Shown: positions 63,274 to 64,000 of the stretch, one piece after another | Numbering within the stretch: the stretch's first letter is position 1 | Layout: every line of letters begins with the position of its first letter | Assembly: GCA_964016885.1 (NCBI GenBank) | Contig: OZ024759.1 | Span: 23,498,001-23,562,000, forward strand | Length of the DNA: 64,000 nt | Origin: Eledone cirrhosa | Taxonomy: Eukaryota | Reading direction: 5' to 3' | Translations under genes and position numbers: made by a program | The notes under the pieces: model-generated | Told to the model about the DNA's origin: nothing | What the model saw: only the letters and a program-made list of their open reading frames with translations | Database searches by the model: none

Positions 63274-63339
63274 TATTTTATCTGATGAAAGCGCACCATA
63301 ATTTGCCTTGGTTGCCCTTGAAATATGTATAATAAAATA
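63274..63339 (+). ncRNA. Minimal type I hammerhead, diverged copy of the 42004 family
   Basis: TATTTTAT-CTGATGA...GAAA-TATGTATA-ATAAAATA. Confidence 0.65.
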
Positions 63340-63377
63340 AATATGGTTTTATAAATATAGTTTCCATTTATTAATAT

Positions 63378-63419
<42 letters not shown>

Positions 63420-63717
63420 TATATATATATACACTCATAATCAGAAAGAGAAAGGGAGAGAGTGAGAGAGAGAGAGCAGAGACTGAATAAAGAGAAAAAG
63501 ATTTGAATTTCTTCAAATACATCAGTCCACTATCAGGTCATGCAGTCAAATAATGGAGGTAGCTAAGGAATGGTCATTGTCTACACACATACACACACAA
63601 TATATATATACAAATCAGGCACCATCATTGATAAATTATACACACATACATACATATATATATATACTTTGAGGACTCTGCTCCCACAACCATCTCAGGA
63701 ATAAGTGGGTGAAGAAA

Positions 63718-63756
<39 letters not shown>

Positions 63757-64000
63757 AACTCTGGATGTCGGTTAGCATGTCCAGCCAACCTCAGTCTCCT
63801 CTGTGTCACTTTTGAGCTGACTTTTGGGATGCTCCCATACAGCTCTGAGTTTTTCATCCTCAGTGTATACTGATTAATGTTCAGAGCCATCCTCAGCATT
63901 CTCGTGCTCCTTTGGGAGCCCCTACATGGACACACTAGAAGAGGAAGACCAAGGTTAACATATGTTGATGCCCTAAGGACAGACACTGGTCTGTTGGAGA

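Overview
AT-rich, microsatellite-dense animal DNA. The repeat content looks octopus/coleoid-like; this is an inference, not verified. One large minus-strand gene crosses the window, with both ends outside it. I traced 35 GT-AG exons by hand from 62907 down to 3231 (about 5.5 kb spliced, about 1830 aa; two micro-exons tentative). They form one open, phase-consistent frame encoding a VWDE-like extracellular protein. The protein is built from a roughly 775-aa, 15-exon super-repeat (Ig-like, VWD, Cys-rich, EGF, IPT-like, Cys-rich) present at least three times, with two PAN/Apple exons between the first and second copies. Introns hold a full-length DD37D (maT) Tc1/mariner, MITEs, a Helitron, tRNA-derived SINEs, LINE fragments and minisatellites. 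The most unusual signal is more than 15 short non-coding insertions, mostly beside (TA)n tracts, from several unrelated sequence families. Many are fold-back inverted repeats with a unique tail, and they carry complete or partial type I hammerhead ribozyme cores. They look like Penelope-like/retrozyme-type elements, and their inversion axis often sits on the ribozyme. Most entries in the ORF track are microsatellite artefacts.
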